Shown: positions 62,985 through 64,000 of the stretch, one piece after another
Layout of the letters: each line of letters starts with the position of its first letter
Position numbering within the stretch: the stretch's first letter is position 1
Position numbers and translations under genes: made by a program
Assembly (NCBI GenBank): GCA_001464545.1
Contig: LNFC01000011.1
Span: forward strand, 817 to 64,816
Length of the DNA stretch: 64,000 nt
Direction: 5' to 3'
Source of the DNA: Acidobacteria bacterium Ga0077551
GTDB taxonomy: Bacteria; Pseudomonadota; Alphaproteobacteria; Caulobacterales; Hyphomonadaceae
The notes under the pieces: generated by a model
What the model was told of the DNA's origin: nothing
Seen by the model: only the letters and a program-made list of their open reading frames with translations
The model's database searches: none

Positions 62985-63791
62985 TCACTCGAACCCGCGC
63001 ATCCCGTATTTCAGGCGGGCATCGATCATCTCGTAGCAAAGCGTGATGATGAAATGATCATCCTCCGGATTGGCGCTGCGGACCGTGTCAAAGTAAAAGG
63101 TGTCTGATTTCGCCTTGCCTTCGCAGCTCATCGCTTGGATCGACGTGCGATTGGTCAGGTAGAACTCGGCCTCGATATCGTCTTTCAGGTCTTCTACCAC
63201 CCCGCTGTCGCGCAGGAACTGATGTGCATCCTCCATCCCGCCGGTGGGCGCCACATAAACGATATTGATGGACTGCCCAGTCTGGCCGCTATAATCGCGG
63301 AACACCTCGTCGATCTCGTTCTCCATCGCCTGGTACAACGCGGTGCAATCCGTGTTCGGATCAACGAGCTCTGCGAAGTCGGCGAATGCCACTGGGTTGC
63401 TGCCATACATGAGGCAGATGATGTCCAGCGCGCGCTGTTGCGGCGGCGCGTGAGGTTCGTTGCGGATGATGGAGCTGTCTACCTGCAGCCAGCCGCCTGC
63501 CGCGCTGATGATTTCGTCGATACCATCCGGATCATCCGCATCCGGCTGGAGCAGGATCATCGCGAACTTGTCGGCATAGTCCTCCCGGTCCGCGCTCGAC
63601 CAGTCCGGATTGTTGTTCATGTCTGCGATCTGTCCCATCAGCAGATGTCCGGCTTCATGGTAGGCGAGGAAACGGACGAACCCCCGGACGAATGTTTCGG
63701 TCGCTTCGTCACGCGGCGGGGTTTCGGGCTGCGCGACGAACGATAGCGGCGCGAGGATCGCGGCGACAATCAAGGACCGAAGGACATTCAT
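62985..63791 (-). CDS. Putative secreted zinc metallopeptidase (HExxH; DUF4344-like)
   Basis: Signal-like N-terminus MNVLRSLIVAAILAPLSFVA. HEAGH motif in FLAYHEAGHLLMGQ. GGGGAG RBS before ATG 63791. Confidence 0.6.
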   Translation of the reverse strand: MNVLRSLIVAAILAPLSFVAQPETPPRDEATETFVRGFVRFLAYHEAGHLLMGQIADMNNNPDWSSADREDYADKFAMILLQPDADDPDGIDEIISAAGGWLQVDSSIIRNEPHAPPQQRALDIICLMYGSNPVAFADFAELVDPNTDCTALYQAMENEIDEVFRDYSGQTGQSINIVYVAPTGGMEDAHQFLRDSGVVEDLKDDIEAEFYLTNRTSIQAMSCEGKAKSDTFYFDTVRSANPEDDHFIITLCYEMIDARLKYGMRGFE

Positions 63792-63885
63792 TGTGATCAC
63801 TCCCCGTAGAACGTGATCCTAACTCATTTTCGCGGATTATGAAGATGGGCTGAGCGGTGGGCGTTCGCTGCCAGCGGTTTGGGGG

Positions 63886-64000
63886 TTACTTGCCCGAACT
63901 GGTCTTGCTTTCAGGTGCTGGCTTGATGAGCTTGTCAGCGGCGGACAGGACCTTGAGAATCTCGTCGACAATCGAGTTGTCCATCATCGGCTTTTGGACC
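63886..64000 (-). CDS. 3' end of an unidentified gene continuing beyond the window
   Basis: The open frame ends ...VQKPMMDNSIVDEILKVLSAADKLIKPAPESKTSSGK-TAA (stop at 63886..63888). Only 37 codons are visible. Confidence 0.3.
   Translation of the reverse strand, partial: VQKPMMDNSIVDEILKVLSAADKLIKPAPESKTSSGK

Overview
High-GC (visually about 60-65% GC, strong GC3 bias) chromosomal segment of an alphaproteobacterium. It is probably Caulobacterales/Hyphomonadaceae-like, because it carries a PopZ homologue between tolC and valS, a PhyR/NepR/EcfG general-stress-response (GSR) locus, and GANTC and TTAA-N7-TTAAC motifs. I support about 55 protein-coding genes, 3 tRNAs (Phe, Asn, Cys), several intrinsic terminators and a set of EcfG-type promoters. 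I saw no rRNA, IS element, integrase, prophage or CRISPR array. Layout: 1-12 kb is housekeeping (pgi, RNase E/G-like, yacG, tRNAs, pcm-like, tolC, popZ, valS, ilvD). 12-33 kb is accessory catabolism and detoxification (alkyl sulfatase, alpha/beta hydrolases, GAF-GGDEF, acyl-CoA ligase, GST, katG, aldehyde dehydrogenase, beta-lactamase-fold hydrolase, and a six-gene TetR-linked operon). 33.7-55.2 kb is an unusually dense stress and regulatory region. It holds USP, cytochrome c, two paralogous Crp/Fnr regulators, Lmo0937/DUF883/DUF1328/entericidin small membrane proteins, DUF4398-OmpA, a 1458-aa CheB-CheR-PAS-HK-REC-REC-LuxR megaprotein, an orphan EcfG paralogue, the phyR / nepR-ecfG-kinase core and an HWE kinase, interrupted by tesA-ybbA-ybbP. 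55-64 kb holds an acyl-CoA ligase, a pair of acyl-CoA dehydrogenases, then the most unusual gene. That gene is a 975-aa TIR - transmembrane helix - 15xWD40 protein with Toll-like-receptor topology and no STAND NTPase, followed by a secreted acidic protein and an HExxH peptidase. All functional calls rest on motif recognition by eye. No database search was run.
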